This document shows positions 10,579-18,825 of a stretch of DNA of 64,000 nucleotides, piece by piece. Position 1 is the stretch's first letter, and the number at the start of each line of letters is the position of its first letter. The position numbers and the translations under genes are program-made. This DNA is from Bdellovibrio sp. 28-41-41. Lineage in GTDB: Bacteria; Bdellovibrionota; Bdellovibrionia; Bdellovibrionales; Bdellovibrionaceae. The DNA is taken from assembly GCA_002256935.1 (NCBI GenBank), contig NCGL01000004.1, positions 11,557 to 75,556 on the forward strand. Direction: 5' to 3'. The notes beneath the pieces were generated by a model. That model had not been told where the DNA came from and did not search any database. It worked only from the letters and a program-made list of their open reading frames with translations.

Positions 10579-12380
10579 ATTCCTACAACTTGCGAACCAA
10601 GGATCCCCAAATTATTAAATGTCTTCCCCTCTACGGGGCCAGCGTCAGCAGACGCCGAATCAGCGGCCGGAGCTGAGGACATCGCACGTCTTTTTTCTGC
10701 CAATTCAATGACGTTATTTTCAAAATCTTTAGACGCTTTTAGCTCAATTGGGGTGACGTCTTTGTTCAGCTCACCATGTTTCAAGCGAAACTGAATCTTG
10801 AGCCCCTTTGGGCCGACAAGGACGAAATAAACTAAGTCTTTAAGCAATGTCTTCTTCATGACTGCCGACGCTTTGATCCATCCTTTACGAAACGATACGA
10901 GCCGGTCCTTGAGGTCAGCGATAGAGTCATTGACGTCATCTTTAGCAACTTCTTTGGTTTTTAAATTCTCAAGCTCTGCCTCGATATGGCGTTTTTTACG
11001 GCTAAGATTTTCGAGTTCTTTGGCTGTTTCTTGAATCGCTTCTGACGCAGCATCGAGGGCCGACTGGATCTTAAAAGTATTTTTGATGGCAAGGGTGAGC
11101 CTTTGGTGCTCAAGGGTCAGACGAGCTTTGTCAGTCTTAAGCTGTTCTGGTGATTGACTGGCAAGCTCCCTGATTCTTTGTTCAACTTTATCAAAATGGC
11201 CAGCTTGAAGAAGAATCTCTGACAAATAATCTGCAAGTTTTGTCTCAATTTTTTCAGCACGAATACGTTTCACAGTGCAGTCAATGACGTCACCTTTTTT
11301 AGATGAGTGAACATAATAGCGGTGAACTTGTTTTTTACCGTGAGCTGATTGGCCGACAAGTTTTCGTCCGCACTCCTCACATACACAAAGTCCAGAGGCA
11401 GCAAAAACCCTAGTGGCTGACGTATTAAGCCGCATTCGCTCACGTGAAATATTTTCTTCAAGGATTACGGCTGCTGTAGTGAACGTCACTTCATCAACGA
11501 TAGCTGGCCAAGAAGCCGGAAAAATTCCGTATCGTTGCCAAGCTTTAAGTTTACTTTGATCTTTATTTTTATTTCCCTTATTAACTTCACGAACGGCGAT
11601 GTAGGAGCGATTTTTAAGAACAAAACTCAACGAATCAATGGTCCATCTTCCGGCTTTCACGAGACGGTTTCTGGCATTGTCGCGGGCTTTAGGTTTTATT
11701 CCCTCGGCCGTGATTGCATCAATTGTGCGGCTTAATGTTCTTTGTTCAATGAATACATCAAAAATTCTGCGAACGTGTTTTGTCTCTTCTTCGTTGATTA
11801 AAAAGGTCGCCTTCTTTGCCGGATCTTTATCGTATCCAAGGATTGAGGGGCCTCCGTTTAAAAATCCGCGCTGAGCTCTTGAGTGGCAGTTAATGGCAAC
11901 ACGTTCAGAGGTTTGCTCGCGCTCAAACTGTGCCAAATTTATCATATTATAGAGCATCATTTTTCCGACCGGGGTACTTGAATCAAATTGCTCTTTGATC
12001 GAAAAAAACTTTGCTCCCTGGCTTTCAAGCATTTTATGAAAGCCACAAAAATCAGGAATATTGCGCGACAACCGAGAAATTTCTGTCACCATGACCGCAT
12101 TAATTTTACCGGACTTTAAAGCCTTCATCATCCGCTCATAAGCTGGGCGGTTCGTATCTTTAGCTGAATATCCGTCGTCAACAAAATGTTCAATTAGGTG
12201 GCCCCATCCAGGCTCTTGCAAATTCTTAATATCTAAAAATGATTGGAGACGATGGCGCTGGTTATCAAGTGAACCTTCGATGACATTTGCCTGCTCGTCC
12301 GTAGAAACTCTTGAATAGCACCCAATAAGCAGTGCCGCTTGAGAAATAGTATTTACGTCAGGCTGCGATTTGTTCTTCAT
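10509..12380 (-). CDS. Large serine recombinase
   Basis: It carries the resolvase active site CYSRVSTDEQ, a recombinase domain, a Cys ribbon (CVCEECGRKL..HRYYVH) and a long coiled coil. The last ~23 codons are antisense to tRNA-Val. Confidence 0.9.
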   Translation of the reverse strand: MKNKSQPDVNTISQAALLIGCYSRVSTDEQANVIEGSLDNQRHRLQSFLDIKNLQEPGWGHLIEHFVDDGYSAKDTNRPAYERMMKALKSGKINAVMVTEISRLSRNIPDFCGFHKMLESQGAKFFSIKEQFDSSTPVGKMMLYNMINLAQFEREQTSERVAINCHSRAQRGFLNGGPSILGYDKDPAKKATFLINEEETKHVRRIFDVFIEQRTLSRTIDAITAEGIKPKARDNARNRLVKAGRWTIDSLSFVLKNRSYIAVREVNKGNKNKDQSKLKAWQRYGIFPASWPAIVDEVTFTTAAVILEENISRERMRLNTSATRVFAASGLCVCEECGRKLVGQSAHGKKQVHRYYVHSSKKGDVIDCTVKRIRAEKIETKLADYLSEILLQAGHFDKVEQRIRELASQSPEQLKTDKARLTLEHQRLTLAIKNTFKIQSALDAASEAIQETAKELENLSRKKRHIEAELENLKTKEVAKDDVNDSIADLKDRLVSFRKGWIKASAVMKKTLLKDLVYFVLVGPKGLKIQFRLKHGELNKDVTPIELKASKDFENNVIELAEKRRAMSSAPAADSASADAGPVEGKTFNNLGILGSQVVGIGREYRIRTCDIHLVRVALYQLS

Positions 12381-12621
12381 CTAGGTCCTCCTTTGGTGGT
12401 CGTCCTCTTGTTTGACCAAGAAGGATGATTTTAGCGATGAGTTTTTCAACTCTTTCGCGCCTTGCTTCGGCATCTTCCAAGCTATCGGGGACACCGATTA
12501 GCTCTACCGTCATGCTGTCATTATCAAAATCCACCGCCGCTGTATAGGTGGATTTCCTACCCACGCTTAACGTCCTTGGTGGACGCTTGGGCCTCTTCAA
12601 TATGCCGCCCAAACTCTTCAA
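12358..12621 (-). CDS. Hypothetical small protein (start uncertain; internal ATG at 12513 possible)
   Basis: The ORF overlaps the recombinase start. It has a TTG start and an acidic/basic C-terminus, with no recognisable motif. Confidence 0.3.
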   Translation of the reverse strand: MKSLGGILKRPKRPPRTLSVGRKSTYTAAVDFDNDSMTVELIGVPDSLEDAEARRERVEKLIAKIILLGQTRGRPPKEDLDEEQIAA

Positions 12622-12814
12622 TAAAATCCTGAGTCTTTCGTTCTGAGAGGCTTTCCATATATGTCATTACGGCACTGAAAATAGGACTTGGGGTCCTAAA
12701 CCCAGTTTCAAAATGACTGATCGGCGCTTTTCCTGAAAGGCCAAGCAATGCAGCTAACTCCGGCTGTGTGAGTCCCAATTTTTCTCGGATTGATTTGAAT
12801 TTTTTTGGACTCAT
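12557..12814 (-). CDS. XRE-family helix-turn-helix protein
   Basis: The HTH is IREKLGLTQPELAALLGLSGKAPISHFETG. An ATGA overlap links it to the upstream 136-aa gene. Confidence 0.7.
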   Translation of the reverse strand: MSPKKFKSIREKLGLTQPELAALLGLSGKAPISHFETGFRTPSPIFSAVMTYMESLSERKTQDFIEEFGRHIEEAQASTKDVKRG

Positions 12815-13221
12815 GCAGCTTCATCACTTTCAATATGTATATCTGGGATACACTCTTGTTTCAAGTTCTTTTTTACCTTTTTCTGTTCTTTAGCGGCTTC
12901 GCCAAAGAAATGCTTATCCAGGACCGCCTGAATATCAGCAGGCAGTTCGCCCAACGCCTTATACTTCTTCTGGACCGCATCAAGCATCGAAAAAGCGTTT
13001 GCTGAGTGGCGGCGAATTTCCAAAATTACGTCATCTGGCGCATTGTTTTTAAACCACAAAATCATAAAACTTGCGACATCATAACGATTGGCCCGGCCAG
13101 CATCAAAGCCGTTATTTACCCGATCAGTCATCTCCGTTACCGCCGCTTCAGCTTCAACACTGACGACAATTCGGCCTTCTTTTCTGGTGGTCTCTTCTTT
13201 TATTTTGTCCTCTTTGTTCAT
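12811..13221 (-). CDS. Hypothetical protein (136 aa)
   Basis: It has a strong AAGGAGGTG SD and is translationally coupled to the XRE gene. No motif was recognised. Confidence 0.5.
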   Translation of the reverse strand: MNKEDKIKEETTRKEGRIVVSVEAEAAVTEMTDRVNNGFDAGRANRYDVASFMILWFKNNAPDDVILEIRRHSANAFSMLDAVQKKYKALGELPADIQAVLDKHFFGEAAKEQKKVKKNLKQECIPDIHIESDEAA

Positions 13222-13768
13222 AGGGCACCTCCTTTGTTATTGAATTTTAGTGACGTTGTCTCGGGCGGCAGGAGGCCGCCCTTGTAAGCGACATGAAAGT
13301 CGCAAGAGGGCGTAACAGCGCCGTCCGGTGCGGTCTTGCCGGAGGATCGTCGTCGGTCACGATGAGCCGGAGTCCTTTTCGCCATAGTAGAATACTTTGG
13401 CGTGTCCGAAACCGCGAACTCCGCAGGGGTTCGCACTGTTACTTCAAGACGCAGAACCGGAGGAAAAAAGTCTAACCACAAAACTTGCAAACGAAGAGCT
13501 ATATTTTCAATGATAGAATAGATTTCTTTTTTAGCATCAATCTTATTCAGACTTTTTCTTCCGGTTCTGCGTCTTGTTGTTTCTTTCTTTTTTCTCATTC
13601 CAATTTTTACTTCTTCAATTATTTTCCTAATTTTCTTCCCACCCAACCCCGACCCCTGGTTCCTGACCACCTTCAACCAACTCGTTGGGTGGGGGTGGTC
13701 AGGAAGGGCGCACGCCCAAGGGGGCGGGGTTGGGTGGGACGCAGCTAATTGATTTCGTTTTTGATTTT
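13222..13768. other. Structured non-coding region; candidate oriT and/or ncRNA
   Basis: There is no credible ORF here. The region holds multiple GC-rich hairpins, a 27/28-nt inverted repeat around a 75-bp AT-rich spacer, and a nested ~100-nt hairpin. Confidence 0.45.
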
Positions 13769-14581
13769 TCATGCGGCCTCTGATTTTTTCGTGGATAAAT
13801 CATGGACGACTTTCCAGGTTTTATCCACGCCGTCCGCCCAATCAGTGTCTGGTCTCTTTAGTGCGGCCAATATCAATTTTTTGAAACTCATTGTTCGATC
13901 CAAAAATTTTATATCTGCGCCTGCCCTCATTTTAGTGAAGTTTTCTAGCAGCAGAGTTGCCGGTATTTTTGCTGCACGCTGGAAGTACTCACCCTGAAAA
14001 GCCCTTTGAATTGCATTTCTGGTAGCCTGTGTTTCACAAGCAAAAAGTAAAAGGCCGACGCCCGTTGCGTTTACATAGTTCATAGCTATTTGATCGTATC
14101 TTGCCGACGTCTTTTGTGATCGCTCGACCTCAACGGCAATTTTTAAACTTCCGATAGCTGACTTCAATTCAACGACGAGATCAGGAAATTTTGAAAGTCT
14201 GTCGGTCCCCAGGACTTCAAAAGCAATGTTTGGATCTGATCGAAGTTCTCGCTCGGTCCAATAATGAACGACCAGCCCAGACTGGTTAAGTGTCAAAAGC
14301 AAATGAGCGACATAGATATCATGCTCGATAAAGTAAATTGATCTCGCTGGAATTGCGGGCCGTTGAAAAAGTGCTCGTCCTTTTTTTGTAAGATAAAACA
14401 CGTCTGCATTTGATCGAGAGGCTTCAATAAGCCGACTAGATTTCAGCTCTGCCCAAATAGCATACTGGCTGCTGCGCATAAGTGGGCACAAGAATTCAAA
14501 GAATAAGTCTCTTGTGACAAAGCCAAAGCGAGCCGAAAATTCAAGAAGTCTTTGGCGAGATTGCTTGTAGTTTTGGGTCAT
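13769..14581 (-). CDS. Replication-relaxation-like protein (wHTH + PD-(D/E)xK-like core); candidate non-HUH relaxase
   Basis: The motifs IEHDIY, WTERE, PDLVVEL and AVEVERSQK are present. The gene lies between the T4CP gene and the oriT-like region. Confidence 0.5.
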   Translation of the reverse strand: MTQNYKQSRQRLLEFSARFGFVTRDLFFEFLCPLMRSSQYAIWAELKSSRLIEASRSNADVFYLTKKGRALFQRPAIPARSIYFIEHDIYVAHLLLTLNQSGLVVHYWTERELRSDPNIAFEVLGTDRLSKFPDLVVELKSAIGSLKIAVEVERSQKTSARYDQIAMNYVNATGVGLLLFACETQATRNAIQRAFQGEYFQRAAKIPATLLLENFTKMRAGADIKFLDRTMSFKKLILAALKRPDTDWADGVDKTWKVVHDLSTKKSEAA

Positions 14582-14862
14582 TTTGAACCTTCGGAATTTT
14601 GTATGAGAACAAAGTGGCCAAGTTCAATTTGGCCTGAATCCATTTTTGGTTCTATCCATTCCAATCGAAAATTGGCAAAATTTGTATCCTTTAGGCTTCC
14701 CGGAATTTTCATTTCGGAACCAACAGTGACTTGGCGGATTCGGACAATACAACTTTCGTCTGAATACAGAATGATCTTGGCTCCATCGGGATTTCCGCAT
14801 CTGGGTGTATGAGCACATGATACGAAAACCAAAAGACCGATTAAAATTAAGTAGTTTTTCAT
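14578..14862 (-). CDS. Small lipoprotein (VirB7-like or entry-exclusion candidate)
   Basis: It has a signal peptide and the lipobox LVFVSC. It overlaps both neighbouring genes. Confidence 0.55.
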   Translation of the reverse strand: MKNYLILIGLLVFVSCAHTPRCGNPDGAKIILYSDESCIVRIRQVTVGSEMKIPGSLKDTNFANFRLEWIEPKMDSGQIELGHFVLIQNSEGSK

Positions 14863-16571
14863 GCCGCCGCCTTGGTGTTGTTTTTGAGAATCTTTTGATC
14901 GGCAGCTTTAAGAATGTGGTCCGCTGGCGATCCCTCCGGAAGACTCGTAATATTCGAAGTTGCTGTTCCTTTTGGCGCGCCTCCGTTAGTTTCCAATTGG
15001 TTTTCAGAAGCAATCGGGGGCAAACCGATCGGCTCGGGTTTAAAAATAATTGGAATCTGGGGCTTATCCAAATCGAGCGCCATTTTGAATTTGATGCGAA
15101 ATGGATAGCTGCCCTTTGCGTGCGGGAGAACCACGATAGCTTCACCAACTCCAAGATCTTGTTTGAAAAGATTCGGATGAAATCTAAACTCTTCCACCTC
15201 ACGAACCGATGAATCCCCTGTTTTTGTAGCACCTACGATCCCGTCTTTTTGTCGATCTGTTCGCTTCTCTGAAAGCGTGGTGCCGATTACGGACGAGAAA
15301 TACTCAGCTGACTCGGGCTCATTGGTACGCATGAATATTTTCAAGTTAGAATTGGTAAGGATGGTATTTTTAACACCTTCGCCAAGACTATCAAGGTCGC
15401 CAAGTGCTTGGTGAGCAAAAGCTACATTCACGTTCGCACTGCGAGACTTATTCAAAAGCGTCACAAAGCTTGGAGTCAGATATTCTGTAAAATCATCCAA
15501 ATAAACCGAGAAAAGAGAGCTACCTTTGGCGCTCCCCAAATGTCGAGAGGCAACGGCACTTTGGAGGCATTGAAGAAGCATTTTGCCGGTCATTTTACCT
15601 AGCGTTGGAATTTTTAATGCTGGCAACTGGCAGTAGATAATTTGATTCTCTTCAAGAGCTTTTTCAAAATCAATTTCTGATTTCCCAGAGTTAAAAATTG
15701 TTGAAGTGACTCCAACAGCAAAAACTTGTAGTTGAGCCGCTAGTCCGCTGGTCCTTTTTTCACGCTCCTCACGTCCAAGTTTTAGAAAATTTTCAATCCA
15801 CAAAACAAGCTCAGGTCGGTTCACGCGCTTTGCAATATGCGCCAATTGTGCTTCACTTCTTAAAAGCTCAATCACGCGAAATGGAGTGGGCTCAATGGCA
15901 GTAGCTTCCAGAATTAGAAGGCAATGTAGCAAAGCATCGTACTGGATACTTTTGAAATATTCATTTTCAAAAGTAAGGGCTGCAAAAACACGTTCCACAA
16001 TCTCAAGTACGGAGCCTCCAAAGAATGGATTAAACGTATTGCTGAATTCAGGATTGCACAGCGAAAGAATTTTTACATCCTGTGCTCGATGAAACCGTTT
16101 TGCATAGGCATAGATCTTATCAATCAATGCTCTGTCAGATTTACCGTCGATGATTACGAGACCCCGGCCTTTTCTGATGTCGTCAATTGCCCAGGGTAAG
16201 ATTACGGATTCGGTTTTGCCGGCATTGGTCGTTCCAACAATTTGGGTGTGCATCCGCCTGTAGGACTGTTTAATGTGAACTAGTTTTCCTTTTGGCGTGA
16301 TACCAGCGAAAACAGAATCTTCACTCTCTTTGGGTGACAAGATTTCGTTTGCCAAGTCACTCTCTTTAAAAAGCGACACAAATTTATTTCGAATCTTAAT
16401 ATAGACTGCAAGAATTAAAATTGTGATTGCTAAGGCAATCGCATAGCGCCATTTGAAATAGAAGGTCACAATTTGAACTTTAAACTTTAGCCATCCTACA
16501 AAAAGACCTAAGCCTGCAACAAGCACCGCAAAACCTCGATCTGTCATTTCTGATTTGTTATTTTCACTCAT
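14859..16571 (-). CDS. Type IV secretion coupling protein (VirD4/TraG/TraD family)
   Basis: The ATG at 16571 follows a GGAGGTG SD. Two N-terminal TM helices are followed by Walker A GTTNAGKTE and a Walker B-like VYLDDF. Confidence 0.8.
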   Translation of the reverse strand: MSENNKSEMTDRGFAVLVAGLGLFVGWLKFKVQIVTFYFKWRYAIALAITILILAVYIKIRNKFVSLFKESDLANEILSPKESEDSVFAGITPKGKLVHIKQSYRRMHTQIVGTTNAGKTESVILPWAIDDIRKGRGLVIIDGKSDRALIDKIYAYAKRFHRAQDVKILSLCNPEFSNTFNPFFGGSVLEIVERVFAALTFENEYFKSIQYDALLHCLLILEATAIEPTPFRVIELLRSEAQLAHIAKRVNRPELVLWIENFLKLGREEREKRTSGLAAQLQVFAVGVTSTIFNSGKSEIDFEKALEENQIIYCQLPALKIPTLGKMTGKMLLQCLQSAVASRHLGSAKGSSLFSVYLDDFTEYLTPSFVTLLNKSRSANVNVAFAHQALGDLDSLGEGVKNTILTNSNLKIFMRTNEPESAEYFSSVIGTTLSEKRTDRQKDGIVGATKTGDSSVREVEEFRFHPNLFKQDLGVGEAIVVLPHAKGSYPFRIKFKMALDLDKPQIPIIFKPEPIGLPPIASENQLETNGGAPKGTATSNITSLPEGSPADHILKAADQKILKNNTKAAA

Positions 16572-17523
16572 AATTGCCACCTCCTTCTTGTAATTTAAAT
16601 GAATCATTCAAAACGGCATCGCATTCGATACCGGTATTGAGTTCTATCCATTCTCGTTCTGTTTTTAGTTTTTCACCGTAGACTTGTGCGCGGCCCTGAG
16701 CGGTTGCAGCGACTGCGCCAAGCAAACCATTCTCAATGCCGCCCTTGGATCGACCGAGCATATCGGTTTCCATGCTTCCAGCAGCAAGGCCGCCGACAAA
16801 AGTTGTTATGACTTGTCCGGTAGTATTTTTAATACCATCTGAAAAAATTCGACCAACGACTCCTGGCTGGCCATCCTTACTTAATGCCAAAGCGGAAATT
16901 TTTTTGATCTGTCCGCTAGGTAGAGAAATTTGGCTAAATCGAATCGTGGCTCGATCAGATCCTTTTTGAAAACTGGCCTCACCATAGAACCTTGTCCCGG
17001 CTGGAATTTTCAAACCTGAATCAGACTCAGAGTTAAGAATTAACTCTGCCAGAACTGGTACAGGATCTTGTGAAACGACCACCTTATCTAGCATCCGCAA
17101 TGGAAGTCTGATCCCCGCTCTTAGCTCAGTTTTGGCGTTTCCACCTTTAGAGCCGATCACCATAGGTGCGTTGTAGTTGACTTGCGATGAGCCTGAAGTC
17201 GAAGGCAATGTCATTTTGGGAGATCCCCAAAGTGCTTCGGCGGGACCGTGAGTGTTCTTTGACTCTGCTCGGTCATTTGACGAAGTTGCATTTGCACTTT
17301 GATGGTCAATTTTCTCTGCAAATTCAACGGGCACTTCCGTTGGCATAATAAAGATAACTGCGATGAAAATGACTATCGTGATTCCGCCAAGAACTTTAAA
17401 TGCTTTAAAATTTACGTCTACTTTTTGACTCACCTCAGATTTTTTTAAAAATGAACCTGTTACTTTGGATAAAATATTTTTTATCCAAGTGAGACCAATT
17501 TTTAGATTATTCTTTATTTCCAT
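16564..17523 (-). CDS. VirB10/TrbI-like T4SS protein
   Basis: It has an N-terminal TM helix, a linker, and a C-terminal TrbI-like domain (GTRFYGEASF..RATIRFSQISLPSG..DGQPGVVG). Synteny supports the call. Confidence 0.7.
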   Translation of the reverse strand: MEIKNNLKIGLTWIKNILSKVTGSFLKKSEVSQKVDVNFKAFKVLGGITIVIFIAVIFIMPTEVPVEFAEKIDHQSANATSSNDRAESKNTHGPAEALWGSPKMTLPSTSGSSQVNYNAPMVIGSKGGNAKTELRAGIRLPLRMLDKVVVSQDPVPVLAELILNSESDSGLKIPAGTRFYGEASFQKGSDRATIRFSQISLPSGQIKKISALALSKDGQPGVVGRIFSDGIKNTTGQVITTFVGGLAAGSMETDMLGRSKGGIENGLLGAVAATAQGRAQVYGEKLKTEREWIELNTGIECDAVLNDSFKLQEGGGNYE

Positions 17524-18224
17524 ACTTGAACCTCCGAAAGAGTAATTGAAAGTGTTCTTTGGGATTTAAGTATCACGGTCAGAGGTCTCTTGGGAATGAG
17601 ATCAGATTTTGTTAGCGAGATTCCAATTAGGATAGCTTTTCCTTTGACGACCTTAAGATCAGAAAGAAAAAGTCCGTTGATGACCTTTGATTTGCCATCC
17701 TGAATTATTTCAATTTCTGAGGGCTTAATAGAAATTATTTTTATTGTCTCGGAGGAGAGTTTTGCATCAATAAGAATAAATCCCTCCCTAGAGTTTCCAA
17801 TTCTATCAATTGTGAGTTTCAAATCACCTGATTGCTGACTAACTCCGACCTTAAGCCATTTCGTTAAAGTAGCTGCTTGCTCAGAATTTTTAATATAGAC
17901 AATATAGTCGGCCACTCCTTGGGAAAGGGTAACGAGTCTTACGTTGTAACGACGCTTGTCAGTTACAAGATATAGATTTGTTTTAATCCCCATTCTAAGT
18001 GGTTTGATGGTCACGGCTCTATCCAAATATTCAATTTTGAATCCTGATTGGTCTCCAATGATTGCCGACTGAATTGTGTCTGGCAGTTGAATTATAGTTG
18101 CGATTCCAAGGGCCGCTTTGACAGTTAGAATTTCGTCAATGTTAACAGTGACTTTTCGAACTTGTGCCTGCAAACTTAGCGATGAGAAAAACACAAATAG
18201 AAACCATAGAGTTATTCTAATCAT
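17514..18224 (-). CDS. VirB9/TrbG-like T4SS protein
   Basis: The ATG at 18224 forms an ATGA overlap. It has a signal peptide, is rich in beta-strand, and sits between the VirB8-like and VirB10-like genes. Confidence 0.55.
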   Translation of the reverse strand: MIRITLWFLFVFFSSLSLQAQVRKVTVNIDEILTVKAALGIATIIQLPDTIQSAIIGDQSGFKIEYLDRAVTIKPLRMGIKTNLYLVTDKRRYNVRLVTLSQGVADYIVYIKNSEQAATLTKWLKVGVSQQSGDLKLTIDRIGNSREGFILIDAKLSSETIKIISIKPSEIEIIQDGKSKVINGLFLSDLKVVKGKAILIGISLTKSDLIPKRPLTVILKSQRTLSITLSEVQVWK

Positions 18225-18811
18225 CGAATAGCCTCTTCGGTTTCTTTTGTAATGTAAACGCCCCAAGGGTTAATAATGGTCCGGTCGTCAATCGAGAATT
18301 GCAATGAAAGTCGCATTTCCGTGGCGGCTTTCAAATTGTCGAACTCAGTAATTCTATCGGCAAGAATAGTGACTTTCTTTTCCTTGAGATCGACTGAAAC
18401 TGATTTTGGATAAACCCGCTGCCGTACCTTTTTCTCTCTAACGAATTTGTAGGTTTCCTGCATTGATTTCTCAAAGGCAGATGCAAGACTGGGTAGGACA
18501 AAGAACTTTGCCTTTCCGATTTCTTCACTGACGGTTTTTTCATCCCATGAATAGCGATGCTTAATGTATTCTTTGACGGCAGATTCAACTTGAAGATCGG
18601 TGATCTTAGTTTCGATTTTTGAAACTTCGCCGCTGCCGTCAAGGGCAACCACAGTAGGTCCTTGTTTTACAAGAAATAGGACCAACAGAAGCATTAAAGT
18701 AACGATACCAAGGAGCACACTGCAAAGAAATTTTAGATTCAGATTTTCTTCGGCGAACTCTCGCATTGCTTTAGGAAACCGGCTTGTTTGTAGAACGATT
18801 TTGTTATTCAT
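18221..18811 (-). CDS. VirB8/TrbF-like T4SS protein
   Basis: A single N-terminal TM helix precedes a ~140-aa periplasmic domain. The call rests on synteny. Confidence 0.5.
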   Translation of the reverse strand: MNNKIVLQTSRFPKAMREFAEENLNLKFLCSVLLGIVTLMLLLVLFLVKQGPTVVALDGSGEVSKIETKITDLQVESAVKEYIKHRYSWDEKTVSEEIGKAKFFVLPSLASAFEKSMQETYKFVREKKVRQRVYPKSVSVDLKEKKVTILADRITEFDNLKAATEMRLSLQFSIDDRTIINPWGVYITKETEEAIR

Positions 18812-18825
18812 AAAGGCACCTCCTT

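Noticed and set aside
10546-10794. An 82-aa plus-strand ORF starting inside tRNA-Val.
   Set aside because: It begins within the tRNA gene and runs antisense to the well-supported recombinase C-terminus.
13280-13313. Hairpin GCCCTTGTAAGCGAC-ATGAAA-GTCGCAAGAGGGC, which resembles group II intron domain V; a retron msr/msd was also considered.
   Set aside because: The loop is 6 nt rather than a GNRA tetraloop, and the AGC triad is not at the stem base. There is no GUGYG 5' end. No reverse transcriptase or maturase ORF lies anywhere nearby.
13218-13772. A 184-aa minus-strand ORF and the plus-strand ORFs 13293-13475, 13485-13748 and 13006-13287.
   Set aside because: The translations are low-complexity (P/R/G/K runs) and have no SD. 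They are laid directly over GC-rich inverted repeats, so I treated the region as non-coding structured DNA/RNA.
14624-15232. A 202-aa minus-strand ORF and several 60-135-aa ORFs inside the coupling-protein gene. The same pattern recurs within lon, VirB4, recD2, dnaX, nadA and other long genes.
   Set aside because: They are out of frame or antisense within long genes that have clear motifs. Their compositions are biased and they have no SD. They are typical shadow ORFs.
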